Shown: positions 26,471-41,333 of the stretch, one piece after another
Position numbering within the stretch: the stretch's first letter is position 1
How the letters are laid out: each line of letters starts with the position of its first letter
DNA from: the human T2T-CHM13v2.0 reference genome, Homo sapiens
Strand: one strand, 5' to 3'
Assembly: GCF_009914755.1 (NCBI RefSeq)
Contig: NC_060938.1
DNA: 64,000 nt
The notes under the pieces: model-generated
What the model saw: only the letters and a program-made list of their open reading frames with translations
What the model was told of the DNA's origin: nothing
Database searches by the model: none
Position numbers and translations under genes: made by a program

Positions 26471-26709
26471 CTGGAAACAGGAAAGGAATACAAATTTGAG
26501 GAAAGCAGGTTATGAAACAGCAATCAAATATATCAGCTCCTTAAAAAAGATGGATGAAACCAAAGAGGCAGACAGTAGAATTACCAGTGTTTTTCTTTTC
26601 TACCATCATTTGAAGAGACTGATAACTTCGGCTCACTTTTTCTCTGGACTCTGTGCTCTGCACAATACAGTAAGCATCTGAGTCCCGATCCAGTCCATGA
26701 GGTTGCTCA

Positions 26710-27030
26710 TGCGGATGTTATGCTGTTTTCCAGTGTGCCCTTCCCTTGTAAGAGCATTACACATCCCAGCCCCCAAAGACTGGTCTTGGCCACATGCCCT
26801 GCGCTTTCTATTGAATGTGAGAAGACATGAGGCATAACACCTCCCATAAGAAGCCTTAGGAGGCATCCCAAGGTCCTACCAGCTCTCTTGCTCTTCCCCT
26901 CTGTCATTTCAAAGTAGAACGCCAAATAGAAGGTGTTCTTTCTGTGTGGGAACATGAGCAGAACCCAGCCAAAGCTGCTCTGTATGCACCAACATGAAAA
27001 GCGAGTGAGAAATAAATATTCGTTTCCATT
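26710..27030 (+). mobile_element. Old MaLR LTR (MLT1-like)
   Basis: ggtcttggccacatgccctgcgcttt and gtgagaaataaat motifs of MLT1 LTRs. Confidence 0.55.
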
Positions 27031-27064
27031 TTCCTTTTTTTTTTTTTTTTACGTTATAGCAAAT

Positions 27065-27421
<357 letters not shown>

Positions 27422-30400
27422 TCATTTCCCACCTCACCAATGACTAATATATTTCTGGGAGCACAATAAATTCTGCTTTGTACTTTTACTAAGAAAATTT
27501 TGCAGCAATTTTACAGCACACTAAAATAGCCAAAACTCTCTAAAAGTGATAATCATGAAGGCTGTCTCCCTTCATGGAAAAAACAAGTTAACATAATGAA
27601 TTCATGTACCTTTCAGGAAGTTAAACAGGAGCGGAGGTCATTCTGAGTCCCTGAGCTGAGATCCCAGATGGTAATTGCCTACAAGAGTCTCTTGTGTCTC
27701 CAAAGACCCCACTTAAGCACAAGGCCTATGCTGAGGGTTAAAGTAGCGCAGCCCAGAGATTGCAAATGGCAGTGGATGGGGCTGCTCACTTTGTGTCTCC
27801 AGAGCCTACTGGCTCTCCGCTGAATGTGTTCCTACTGCTTAATGAGCCAGGTGTGGCTGCCCCACTGTGTTAAAAACCTTTACCCAGTTAAGGCTTTCTG
27901 ATATAATCATTGGGGGAAAGGAGAAGAGAGCCTTGAAAGTGAATTCTCCACTGGGGAATATAAACCAAGTAACTATGAACACAGCAACCACTACATGACT
28001 TGTAAATCTTATAAACAGTACTGAATTCTCAGAGCCTAGGCATCCAGAAGATAAAAACTGGCAATCTTCCATTCATTCAACCAAATCTTATGGAGACTCT
28101 ACCAGGCGCTAGTTAGCTACTTGGATCCTAAGGATTTGAATATGAAAGACTTCAGCCCATGGTCTAGTGGAAAGCCAGAAACACACTCAACACAGTGTGA
28201 TAAGAGCCAGCTCAGACAGATACAATGCCAGACAAGTACTTGTTGAGGAGCTGGGGGGGATATGATCAGAAAAAATGTCCATGGTGCAGTGACACTGAGA
28301 TGAGTCTGGAAGTGTGAGTTACTCAGCTCCTTCAGCTGTTTACAGACAACACAGTCTCTTGATAACAGGTCTGCAAATTTCCTCCATGACCATGTGGCTT
28401 ATGCAGAGAGTAGAAGGAAAACTAGGATAAATAAGAGGATAGAGAATCTTGTGTTGAGAGGCCAAGAAAGGAACACAAACCTGACTTATTAAGTAGGTAT
28501 TATCATTCCCACTTCACAGATGAAAAAGCTGAGAATTGTGTTAAGGGTTGTCCAAGATTGAACCCAACTGAATCAGTATGACTCCAGGGTCTAAACTTTA
28601 TTCTGAGCACCCACATGGCTGGGCCTTCAGCCCTTAGCTTTCCATTCAGGCACTGCAAGTTTCAGACTAGTTTGGGAAAAAAGTTCTGTTTCCTGGCAGG
28701 AATGGCAGTCCTGCATGAAATTTAAAAAGTGATACTTAAGAGAAAGGTGTACCCTACTACACTTCAGATCTCATGATTCCCAGGGACTACCTTATAAAGG
28801 AGGAATAACTCTACAAAGATTCTGAGGCAATATCTGCCTTTACTGTCACCTTCTGTGAAGAATGCGTCTGCACCACTATACTATGGGTGTGCTTTTGATG
28901 ACACCAATAGTCACCTACACCTTTTCATAGTATTGACTCTAGGCTTCTTCTGTTAACTAGATTGATTGTTGCCAATTCTTCGATTTTACAAAGCACAGAA
29001 AGATTAGGTACCCAGAACTCTTTTATTTTCTGACCACTTTTAACATGATTTTCTATAGTCCTGCTTAGATTTTGTTATCATTAAAATTGTTTTACCAGGA
29101 TTCTATCCATTTCTGCGTACCTTTATCAAGTCATGCAAATTGACAGCAGAGGCCACTGGAATTTGGAAACGTGAATTTAAATCCTAGCCCTGCCATTGTA
29201 TGGCATTGAGTACATTTTTAAATTCCTTTCTTAGCTTCTTTATCTGTCCAACAGTGATAATAGCTATCTCATAGGATTTATTTTGAGATTAAGTACCATA
29301 ATATCCACAAAATCATGGTGAGCTTCTTTTCAGATTATTCTTTTCTTCTCTTTGGTGCACTGGAATATCCCCAAGTGCTTCCAATAATCACAGAAAGAGT
29401 AACTTATGTTCCAGATGATCTTTAATGATATGGTATTTGAAATTTGTAATCTGTGTATGATACATAGGGCATATCTTTATTAACCAGTGTGTTTAATTAA
29501 CTGGAACATTTTGTTTTGCAAACAACTGGGGTAATAGGAATATTGCAATTTATTAAAGCCAATTAAAACTTTCTGAAAATGTAAGATGTCATTATTTTTC
29601 TAAGTTTTAGCCTTGGGGTTCACACAGTGTCTAAGACATCATTTTATTTTCTCATAAAAAATACATTCTCAAATGAGTAGGACCCTAGACGAAGCTTTCA
29701 CATCTCCTCTCTTCCTCTGTTTACCCTTCCCCCACCCCTAATTGAATCCTCTGAATTGTCATTTTTTTAAGGCAGTTTTCCCAAATTTCTGGAGGTTTTT
29801 ATTGTTGTTGTTGGTTTTACTACCAACTTATTTTGGTGGTGTATTTTGTTGTTTTTGCTGCTGCTGTTACTATTTTTGAGGATGAAAGAGATTTTAGTAT
29901 GTTGCCAGCCAAGCTGAAGGAACAAATGGAGAGAAACAAATGGGCCAGAAGAGATGTAGGTAGGGCTATCATGGACACAGGTAGGGGGCTAAAATTGGAA
30001 AGGTAGAAAGACAATCATACCACAAGTCATCCCACAGTGATGGTAACTGGTAAACAAAAGCACAGAGACATTCTGAGGTAGAGGAATGCATTTGTAAGCG
30101 TACAACTGTTTGCTCTTTTCAGGAACGTGGAAGTATGCTCGGTCATACAATGAGAGGAAGTGAATTTAAACAGGGGACTTGAGTCCATTTCCTGAGGAAG
30201 GCAATAAGATGTCCACTACCAATAAGGAACAGTCCTGGCCAGCAGTCTAGTGGACCCAGCTGCATTTAAAAACTATAAATTTTGCTGGGAAACTCATGAG
30301 CACAGTTACAAGATTTATCTAGCAATTCCAGTCAGTAACCCAGGAGTTGGCGAGTGGTCAGGTGGATGTGAGGAAAAGCTAAAGTCTCAACTGATCAGAA

Positions 30401-30895
30401 AATGCTGATCAGGGAAGCCAGTGAAGTCTCCTGCAGAAAGTATGAAACTGGGAATACTAAAAGGGCTCCAGGGACTAACAGTCCCGATGAGGACAAAAGC
30501 AGATTCTGTTATTTTACTGGTGTTTTCATTCTTTTCAGGATGGGTACATTGTGCTGTTACTGAATCCCCAGGCTGAGACAAAAGATGCAGGGTTTTGATA
30601 TTTTGAAGATGAGAAAACTACCTACCTTGTAAACTTCACCAGGAGTCATTGTCTAACCATGTTTTAGTTACTCAACTACAGGTTTTGGCATTCAGTTTCT
30701 CTGCCATACTATACACCACTAATAGATTGTATCTATATATTTCCCTGCTTCCTTATCCTCCGGCTTGATAAAGCTTCCCCACATGTACTCATAAGAGTCC
30801 GTGTAACATCTCTGCATTCTGTGACAATGGCGAGATCTTTCTATTTAGAAGCTTACTAGGATGTACCGTTATTTAAGAGGAGGTCACCCACATAC

Positions 30896-31363
<468 letters not shown>

Positions 31364-31929
31364 GAAGTAGATTTTAAAGGCCTGAACAGTAAAATATATG
31401 GTAGCAACAATCACAGTCCTAATGAGCTTATTCAAATTCTATAAAAGGGGCTCATAAAAAGAAAATGTTATGGCAAGGTCTGTGCCTATAAGATAAAGAC
31501 TCTTTTAGATAAATCTATTCACTAGAAATGAACACTAGAAGATGGTATTTGGATTGGTACTTGTGTTCAGAATTAATACTTAACACAGTCAAATAGTTTA
31601 AGGCAAGGAAGGCACAGTGTTCTGTGATTTTCCACTCTACCCTTTTCTTCCTAAGGCTGTCGATTTCCTAACTGGTAAAACTGCCAACAGTGTTTCCAAC
31701 AAACTGACTATACACTTTTCCATGGGATTGATCACTAAAATTTAATTTCATTGTGTCTTCTCAATCACTACTAGCCTCTATCCGGTGTTACAGATGAAAA
31801 TCATCCACCAGCCAACACCCCAAGAATCTCCAACCCCGGGTCAGCCTCATGGGTCTGCAGCCAATATAGTCACATAGGGTGCTGTGCTGAGAAGGGCCCA
31901 TCCTGCCACTTCCCACCCCTCAGCCCCAA

Positions 31930-32835
31930 TTTTCCTATCCAAATGATGCATCTATCAACATTAAGAGATTAACACTGGTACATCACTATTAACCAAATTC
32001 CAAACTTTATTTGGATTTTCACTAGTTTTATCACTAATGTCCTTTTTCTAGGACCCTATTCAGGATACCACATTACATTTAATCATCATGTCCCTTTATC
32101 CACCTATGGTCTGATATAGTTGTTCAGTCTTGTTTATCATAACCTTGACAGTTCTAAAGAGAGCTGTTGAAGTACTTCGTAGTCTCTCAATTTGAGTTTG
32201 CCAGATATTTTATTTGGCTATATTTGGCTCATGGATTTTTCAGGAAGAACACCACAGAGGTAAAGAATCCTTCTCATCATATAGTATCAGTCATGACATG
32301 CTACCAACATGACTTGTTATTGATGATGTTAACTGTGATCACCCAGCCAAGGTCGTGTTGGCCAGGTTTCTCCACTGTCTTTTTTTTCCCTTTCCATGCT
32401 CTCTTCTTCGGTAGCCAGTCACTAAGTCCAGCCCACACTCTGGTGTGGGGAAGAGAGGGTGCTAAGCCTCACTTTCTGGAGTCGGGGGGGTCTACATATA
32501 TTATCTGGATTTCTTCTGTAAAGATAATTTGTCTCTTTTCCTCCTTTATTCACAATTTATTTGTATTGGTATAGACTTATGAATATTTAGTTCATACTTT
32601 GGGTTATGATCAAACCTGCATTGTTTATTATTTCACTCAAATTATTCCAGCTTTGGCCATGGCGAGCTCTTTTAGATTGGCTACTGAGTACCTTTGATTT
32701 GTCCCCATTCTTTTGCGTTTGAGCTCTTCCTTACTTTCTGGCACTGCAAGATGCCCTGGGCTTGTCTTATAGTTTCCCTGCCCCACTCCTGAAATTAATC
32801 ACTTCTCCAAGCATTTCTATTTCTTCTATTTCTTT
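31930..32835 (-). mobile_element. Old L1 (L1MC-like) 3' region
   Basis: actttatttggattttcactagtttt...caggataccacattacattta resembles antisense L1MC 3' UTR. Confidence 0.6.
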
Positions 32836-32837
32836 GG

Positions 32838-33150
32838 AATGATGGTTGCCAGAACCTAGGATGGATAGTGGGTTGAGGGTGGAGGGAGTGGGGACAGTTA
32901 ATGAGTACAAACATATAGTTAGAATGAGTAAGATCTAATATTTGAAAGCACAAGAGGGTGACTACAGTCAACAATAATTGATTGTAGATTGTAAAATAAC
33001 TAAGATCATAATTGAAATGTTTGTAACACAAAGAAATGATAAATGCTTGAGGTGATAGATGACATGTTACACATGGTATGTCTGTATAAAAATATCTCCT
33101 GTACCTGTAAATATATATACCTACTATGCACCCATACAAATAAAATAAAA
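32838..33150 (+). mobile_element. L1MA-type 3' end
   Basis: gggtgactacagtcaacaataat...aatgcttgaggtgat...ctactatgcacccatacaaataaaataaaa. Confidence 0.8.
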
Positions 33151-33643
33151 TGTACTATGTAATCTTGGATTTAGAAAATTAAAAATTTACAGTTACTCAG
33201 AAAGTTAACAGAAGCATTATATACTGACTGCTACACTTAAATTAATGCTATGTTACTATTGTTATTATAAGAGCATCAAAAATACCCAGGGTTCTTATTT
33301 TACATATTCAGAATGTTTATTATACCTTGTACAGCTATGTTTCTAATTGGACAATTCAAGTTCGATAAAAACGGACTGTCTGAAATTCAGTGAACTCACA
33401 ATTATTCCTGTTCTTCAAGAGTGGCTGATGCTCAGATACTCCAAGAGTCTTTTAAAATTTATCTTTTGAAATTTATTTTTATAAGGTATGCCTTCTCCTC
33501 TTTTCTCAGGGTAATATTGGGTTTCATTTTCCCAATATTCCATTTCCAATCCCTTGGCAATTATACATCAAAAGGAGAAAGTCTAGAAATAGGCTGGGTA
33601 GCAAGTTGGGATGGGATTGAGATCAAATATTGTCCATAGTTAC

Positions 33644-33854
33644 CTAAAAAGTTGGTAACTTGTGTGTAGCGAGCAAGTGTTGAATGTATAAGCCACACCA
33701 GTGATTTATCTTCCTTTCTCATTTTCACTAAAATATTATGTCCTGGCTTCCATACCTCCTGTTCCTTATGTGATATACCGCAAAGCCCATTGCCTGCTGC
33801 CAGCTGCCTCCCACTGGTCAGTTTGTGGAAGAGATCCAAGAGTAGTTCATCCAT
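33644..33854 (-). CDS. SLC35F4: SLC35F4 first coding exon of the 521-aa isoform (MDELLLDLFH...QVTNFL, probably an alternative first exon)
   Basis: ATG at 33854-33852 (in-frame upstream ATG at 33863). The exon is 211 nt and ends phase 1 at donor AG|GTAACT (33643), joining 31081 in frame. The exon sum gives 521 aa, matching the long human SLC35F4 sequence as I recall it. Confidence 0.75.
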
Positions 33855-34379
33855 GACAGACATTTTAATCACTGTCTTAAACAATACAAACTTTAAACTT
33901 CCAAGCCAGACCTGGAGACGTATTCAGCGGTTGGGCCATGATACAATTATCTCCAATCCTGGAAGCGAAAACATTGTCCCATCCTCTATGGTCTTGTACC
34001 ATTTAGTTAATCTAAAGGCAACCCTGACAAATATAAACATTCAGAACATCGTCTGGGATGTAGTCAAGTATCATAAATAAATATTTCTATTTTCTGTTTT
34101 GTATGCAACAATGAGTGCCTGAGTGGAACCAGAGATTGCAAATCCAGTTAGTAAACAATGTTCTGATTTTACTAAGTATTGTGAGTAAACTGTATTAGGA
34201 GTGATGTGTGGGTGGTATCTCATTTGTCACACCAGATGGTCCCCTATCCTTCTTAAAGACATCTGCTCACCTGACCCATAGCAGTGGGGCCATCTTGGGC
34301 CATTTTCATTATTTGGCCCAGAAGGAGAATATGATTTCTTCATCTGCACTGGTTGGGATCTGCATGCTCCCAAATTCAA

Positions 34380-34720
34380 TTTGATTCAACAAGTAGTTAT
34401 TAAGCACCTATTATGGGGCAGGTATTGTGTCAGGACCAGAGTTAGACAAATGAAGAATAGTTTGTACCTTCATGGAACTCTCAGTTTTGTATGATGCAGA
34501 CATGTAACCAATTAGCCACAGTTTGATGCAGCTGGGGGAGCAGGAAGAAAGGGAGTGAGGGATTCATTCAGAAGCCTGGAGCAGGGAAGGCTCTGTGGAA
34601 GGTCACATCAAAGGTGTCTTTGAAGGATGAACAGGACTTAATCAGGCAGAGGTTTAGGCTGGGGAATAGGCAATACAGTCAGAGGAAACCGTAGAAGCAA
34701 ATAGTCAGAGGCATAAGGTG
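34380..34720 (-). mobile_element. LINE-2 3' fragment
   Basis: attcaacaagtagttattaagcacctattatggggcaggtattgtg. Confidence 0.55.
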
Positions 34721-35836
34721 CATGCTATGAAGCTCAATATTAAGACGATCAGCTCTAAGATGCTGAAATCTCAATATACAAGAGTATTGGAAATCCCATT
34801 CTTTCACCCTCACCTGTTACTTGAAAAGGAGCTGTCTAATTGAGATTCAGGCAGTATACAGTGGCTAAGAAACCAGGCTGTCTAAACCTGGGGAGACCTC
34901 GTAAACAAAAATGACTATTAGGGGCCATTTATTAAATAGAATATTTGACTTCATATACTAGGAATCCAAACTAAATTGGTTTAAAGCTAAAAGGGGAGTT
35001 TTTAGGAGCTTAGCGACCTACAGGGACAAGAAGGCCAGAGTGTCCCTAAACCTCAGGAACACCTGGAACCAGGGCCCTGGTGCAATCAGTCTCATCTTCT
35101 CCATCTCTCGCTGCTGGGTACCAGCTTCATGTCTTCTCAGAAGGCTGCTGCTTACCTTTCTCTGCGGAAAATTTGGTTGTCTGAAGCTCCTACACTTTCA
35201 ATCTCACAGCTTTAGCCTTCTGAGAGAAATCTAGTTGCACAGAGTCAAAAATCTGGAGAAAGGAACTTGAATATTACACCGATGCTTGTCCAATTTCTGT
35301 CACTAGCAGAGCGAACATCGCAACAGGCTGCAGCTCCCAGGAAAGAAGGAGTGGAGCTGAGAATAAGGTGCCTTGGGTGTTTAGGAACTTCAAAGCGAAA
35401 AGGGAAAAGAACTACAGCCACTGAGTAAAACAATTGCTTAAAAAGATTGAGTATAAGATGTGAAGTTCTCAGATAACAACTTGAAAAGCCAAGCTGATAA
35501 AAGTTAACTAGGAAAAGGTCTTTGGAAAGCACTGGGGGTAAAAAGCAAAGAGTCAAATGTCTCCATGCGAACAAGTGCAAGATGACTTGGAAGATACAGA
35601 TAGATCAAAGTCCCAGCTATCATTCAAACAAAGGCCTTACCATTGGCTTTTATCTCCTATGGGCACAAAAGGTCAACAAAACAACTGGCTTTACTAAGTA
35701 CTATACTGAAGCTGAGCCAGAGACCTTATCCCTATTTGCCCCAAATCGTGAAGCAAACACCGCTATATAGATCTGGTGCCTAAACCTAAAGGTAGAAATC
35801 ATGAATACCCAGAAGCAATTAACACGATCTAGGGAA

Positions 35837-35871
35837 TGTGTGTGTGTATGTGTGTGTGTGTGTGTGTGTGT
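35837..35871. repeat. (TG)n microsatellite
   Basis: TG run with one TA interruption. Confidence 0.95.
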
Positions 35872-36241
35872 ATAGAAGGGGTAGTTGCTCTATGACAAGA
35901 GGCAGCATAATATGTACCCTGAAAAGGCTGCCCTGAAAAGTAGGATACCACTGGCTGTGTCAACTCAGGTAAATCACTTGACCTCACTTTGTTCACATTC
36001 TTTCCTTGCTGAAATTAAAGGATTAGACAAAATGATTTCCTAAATTCCCACAGCTTTCTCTTCTTCAACCTGAAGATTTTTCAAACATGTATTTGCAAAT
36101 TATGCTTAACCATAACACAACTTTGTCTGTTTTCAACTCATTTTTATAGCCACTTATATGGATAGGGTTCCAGGAGGAAGAGATGGCAAACTCAAAACAG
36201 GACAATTTTAGAAAAGGTGGTCAAGGTATAGGGCCATAGGG

Positions 36242-36411
36242 CAGTGGCTCCCTAAGCCTCCCACCCTAGCATCGCTTGGGAACTTGTTAGAAATGCAAAT
36301 TCTTAGTGCCAATATCAGACCCATTGAGTCAGAAATTCTGCAGTTGGGTAACCTATAGTTTTAGGAGCCTTCCAGGTGATTCCAATGTAAGTTAAAATTT
36401 GTGAAACACTG
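36242..36411. mobile_element. MER5A-like hAT DNA transposon relic
   Basis: cagtgg...cactg termini; gggaacttgttagaaatgcaaattct and ccaggtgattc cores. Confidence 0.75.
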
Positions 36412-36452
36412 TATGTGAGAAATCATAGAGGGTAGGGCAGTATTCAGGTTTA

Positions 36453-36911
<459 letters not shown>

Positions 36912-37366
36912 TTAATAAGCCAAAGCCAGGAGATAAGACAGCCTCTTTCTTTACAGGTTCAGACCCCAGAGAAAGTTGGGTGGAAAAAAGTGGAAAGAGG
37001 ATCTGGAGGAGTAAAGAAAAGACATCCAATATTCTGTTTCTACAACAATGCTATGATCACAAAGTCAGGGGTTAGATCATATGATCTCCTAACCCCCTAC
37101 TAGCTTTATGATTGATTGATAATTCTTCCAAACAAGCTCACGTAAATTATATATTGGCCATAAAACTAGCGCTATTTTCAACTCATCTTTTATAAGTGTG
37201 TTTCTTTTAAAGATCCAAGACCTTTTCCATGACTAAGATATTATAATCACTAAAGAAATGCTGAAGACAGAAATGTAACCCTGGATTTTTCACTTGATGT
37301 TGGTTGGTAGCCATAATTATTAATCTGTCATTTTTTCTTACAAAAAGATAAAATATCAATAACTAG

Positions 37367-37720
<354 letters not shown>

Positions 37721-38277
37721 TTATATTTCAGCTTATTTTAAAACTCATATTCTGTTGATTTCAGTGGCAACAAATATTTCCTTGTAGTAGTATCATTTAT
37801 TGTAATCAGTTTTGGTAGGTTTTTCATAGAAACCCACATGGAATCTGGTTTAAGGGTTACCCTTTTCTTAGGTAAACATATAGCCTTGAAGTTACTGAAA
37901 AGGTTCAGCTTGGTGGATAGTCAATGCACAAGCAATAGAAACTTTTCATTTCAATTTATTCTCTAAAAGCCATAACTTCTCAGCACAATTCCATCGTACT
38001 TACCAGGTATTACTCACTCCTTATAGTTCTAACAGCTCTTAATTCATTTAATAAATAAATATGTTTTAAAATAACTTGGCTGTTGGTCATATTATCTATA
38101 TTTTTGTATGCCTTATATATTTTATATTTTAAAAGTTTTTTCAAGACTTGCTTATTATCTTATTATAAATAATAATTATATGTATATTATCTGAAAGCTA
38201 GATTTTGAGGATGTAAATCTGAATTATTTAGGTACTTTTACATGCATATTAAAACAACATGAAAAATACCTTTTAAT

Positions 38278-38522
38278 TTTTTTTCAACTTTTATTTTAGA
38301 TTCAGAGGACACATGTGCATATTTGTTACCTGGGTATACTGCTTGATTCTGGTTTTGGGTATGAATGATCCCATCACTACTGATCATAGTGCCCAACATT
38401 AAGTTTTTCAACCCTTTCCCCCCTCCTCCCTCTAGTAGTCCCCAATGTCTATTGCTGCCATCTTTATGTCCATCAGTACCCAATATTTAGCTCCCACTTA
38501 TAAGAGAGAACATGTAGTATTT
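38278..38522 (-). mobile_element. L1PA16/17-like 3' end
   Basis: ttttcaacttttattttagattcagaggacacatgtgca...; flanking degenerate repeat gaaaaa..cttttaattt. Confidence 0.8.
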
Positions 38523-40304
38523 GAAAAAGCTTTTAATTTCTAATTCATTTTGTATTTATCTAAAATCTATATCTGAAAGAAAGGAGTACTAATGGTTATA
38601 TTTCTGTTATAAACATCTTATCCCTAAAATAGTAGTAATCTATCTAGAATACAATTTATCTTCTCTACTTGTAATCAACTTTGAAATCAAAGGTTAGATC
38701 ACTGCTACCTATTTTTACAATGTAAAAATAAAAATGCCTACTATTTAATTTAGCACCTACTATGCACAAAAAGCCTTGTGTATATTATCTCCAGACCTCA
38801 CAACAATACTTGTGGGTGTATTTTACTATCCCCATTTTTTACAGATGAGGAAAGAGAATTTCCAATAGCCTAAGTATTGATGAAAACTCAGGTGTGTCCA
38901 ATTCCAAAGCCCATATTCTCTCCAGTGTATCTCACTGCTTTTCCATCTCAGCTAATCAGTTTTACTGAGCTCCTTCTGTAGGCAAAAAGGTTACAATCTT
39001 GCTGGGAAGATAATATATATTTCCCCAAATGCTTAAATACATTAAGGTGAGCAATTCAATAGCACAGAAAATAAGGATAATTATTGTTCAGAAAGTGGAG
39101 AGATTAATTTCAGCCTGGATGGTAAAAAAAAAAAAATGCTTCATAGAGGACAATGGATTCAAACAGATCAAAAAGCAAAGCAAGGTTTGGATAGGAGGAG
39201 AGCCTAGGGCAGCTTCCAACACAGGAAAGTGTGGATTTTGCCCTTTTAATTGTGGGGAGCAAACAAGGTGTTTAAGGTGTTTTGTAGAGAGATGGTGGCT
39301 TGAAAGCAGAATTTCGGGAAGGCAAAATTGGCAAGAGAGGGTAGGATACTCACTACAGAGAGAACCTAGGGGGAAGATAACTATTTGGAAGTTGTTAATC
39401 CAAAATGTAGTCTTGAAGGGGAGCTGGAATGTCTCCTTTTGAAATTTGTATTGCAGTAGAATCTTTCTTTTCTCTGGCTAGGATCTCAGCATTCACATGA
39501 TGATGGTAGAAAGAACATTAATAATAGTATTAATAATGGTGTTAAGAACATAAACAATGCACAATAATCATACCTTGTATGTAAGCCAGTTATAATCATT
39601 CTTCCCTGTAATGACCTTGTGCAATGCAACTAGTGACACTTTCCCTGGGTCTCCAAATGCCAGAGGAGCTCCACTGTTATACTTGTCAAGCACCTGTTCT
39701 GGATTCATATACTAAAGAAGTGGTTGGGATCAAGACATATTTTCTCTGTTTCCCTTACCCTGAATAAAATATTATCCTTAACACTTGCTTGTTTCTATCC
39801 CTTCAGACCCTGTATCTCCCTCCAGCATCAAGCTTTAACCCCCAGTCCTGCCCAAGAATAACCCCTCTCCCTTAACTATGGCTCCAAACACACCCATGTC
39901 TTATTAAGTCTAAAGTTGTTTTCCTAATTCCAGCTACCTCTTACCTTGTCCAGACCTAGAATCTGTCTACTCAGCCTTGTTACTCTTTACACCTCTGTTA
40001 TCTGTAGAATTAGATTGTGGAGTAACTTTGATGATTTCTGCTGAACATTTATAGAAATCTGAAATGGATTTTGAAGTATTCCTAAGATACTTATGAAACA
40101 TTTTTAAATCTATTTTGCTGATTCTAGATATGGATCAGCAGAAATACCACAAAATTGCATTAAAGTTGTCTTTGTGTGTGATAGTCCTGATCTTTAAATA
40201 ATTTCCCAGATAATAGAAAGTGCTTTTCATTGCAAAAGAACAAACAATTTTTTTAAAAAAAATCTCAGCCCAGTTATCAACTCCTTAAATATATTTAACA
40301 TGGC

Positions 40305-40781
40305 TATCTTAGACTTCTGTCCTGTGTTTAGCTACCCAGCACCCAACCCTCTTCCTATTTAGGGGGAGTTCCCCCTCCCTCATTATATAAGTCTTAATGG
40401 GAAACAGTGCCCTACATCCTACAATGGAAACTGAAGGAAGCTAAATAATTCTGCTTGCTCTTGGCAATAAGGTGTAGGTATGACTTGGTTTCAGCCCATC
40501 AGATGCTCCTATCCAGACTTAGAATCTCCTGGAAGCCACAATGGTTAAAGCCCTACAGTACCAGTGGGTACTACCCAACAACAGGATATTGGGTAGTGAT
40601 GGAAATGGCAGCGTCTCAGCCAGATTGTTACAGCTGTGGCTCTGAAGGCCTCTTGATTCCTGCACATTTTTCAAGGCTGGGTGACCCTCTCCTCCCAAAG
40701 CCAGTCAGTAAATCTTCATTTTGCTTAACAGCCCTAGGGTAGCATTTCAGTGGCTTGCAACCAAGAGTCCTGTTTGATACC
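40305..40781 (+). mobile_element. Old ERVL-type LTR (LTR33/LTR16-like)
   Basis: 3' end ttttgcttaa...gcttgcaaccaagagtcctgtttgatac resembles ERVL LTR termini. Confidence 0.5.
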
Positions 40782-41333
40782 AACTTTACAGGACCTTTCC
40801 ATGTACCCAACTCTGTAGCCCCTTCCTCACCTTATCTATTTCCCTTCTCTATGATGTCTTCACTCACTAGTTACCTTTGTATTACAGCTATCTCTATGGG
40901 TGACAGTCCTTGTTCTCAGAGAGGGACCTCTTGAGAGCATTTAGGAAAATTTTCTGGATTTCCCACTAGCTTCCCTGTAAAAGCCCAATGGTAGGCACCT
41001 TTAAGACAGTGTAGCTGGCTGTTACCACTGATGAGCACCTGGTGGCAAGTTTTCTCGTGTAAGAGAGCTGGTTGATTCCCAACTGAGGGTAGAGAGAATC
41101 TCTTAGATGCACCAACATCACTTCTCTTCTGTATCACTCCGGTCACTGTGATAACGCCAACAGCAAGTGGAGATTCATTTCTATACAGTGAAAAGGCTAG
41201 TCTTGATGGTTCTGAAATAATTCAGTTTAACCCGAGAAAACAAAAAGAAATTTAAGATTCACTTTAGAACATTTCTCAAAGAGATCAGCCAACTAAATTG
41301 AAGCAAAATAGATAAGAAAATGCTATGCTGTAT

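Noticed and set aside
39029-39442. 137-aa plus-strand ORF (also 32167..32574)
   Set aside because: No recognisable domain or exon context; 32167..32574 lies in an old L1 relic and 39029..39442 in what looks like L2-derived DNA.
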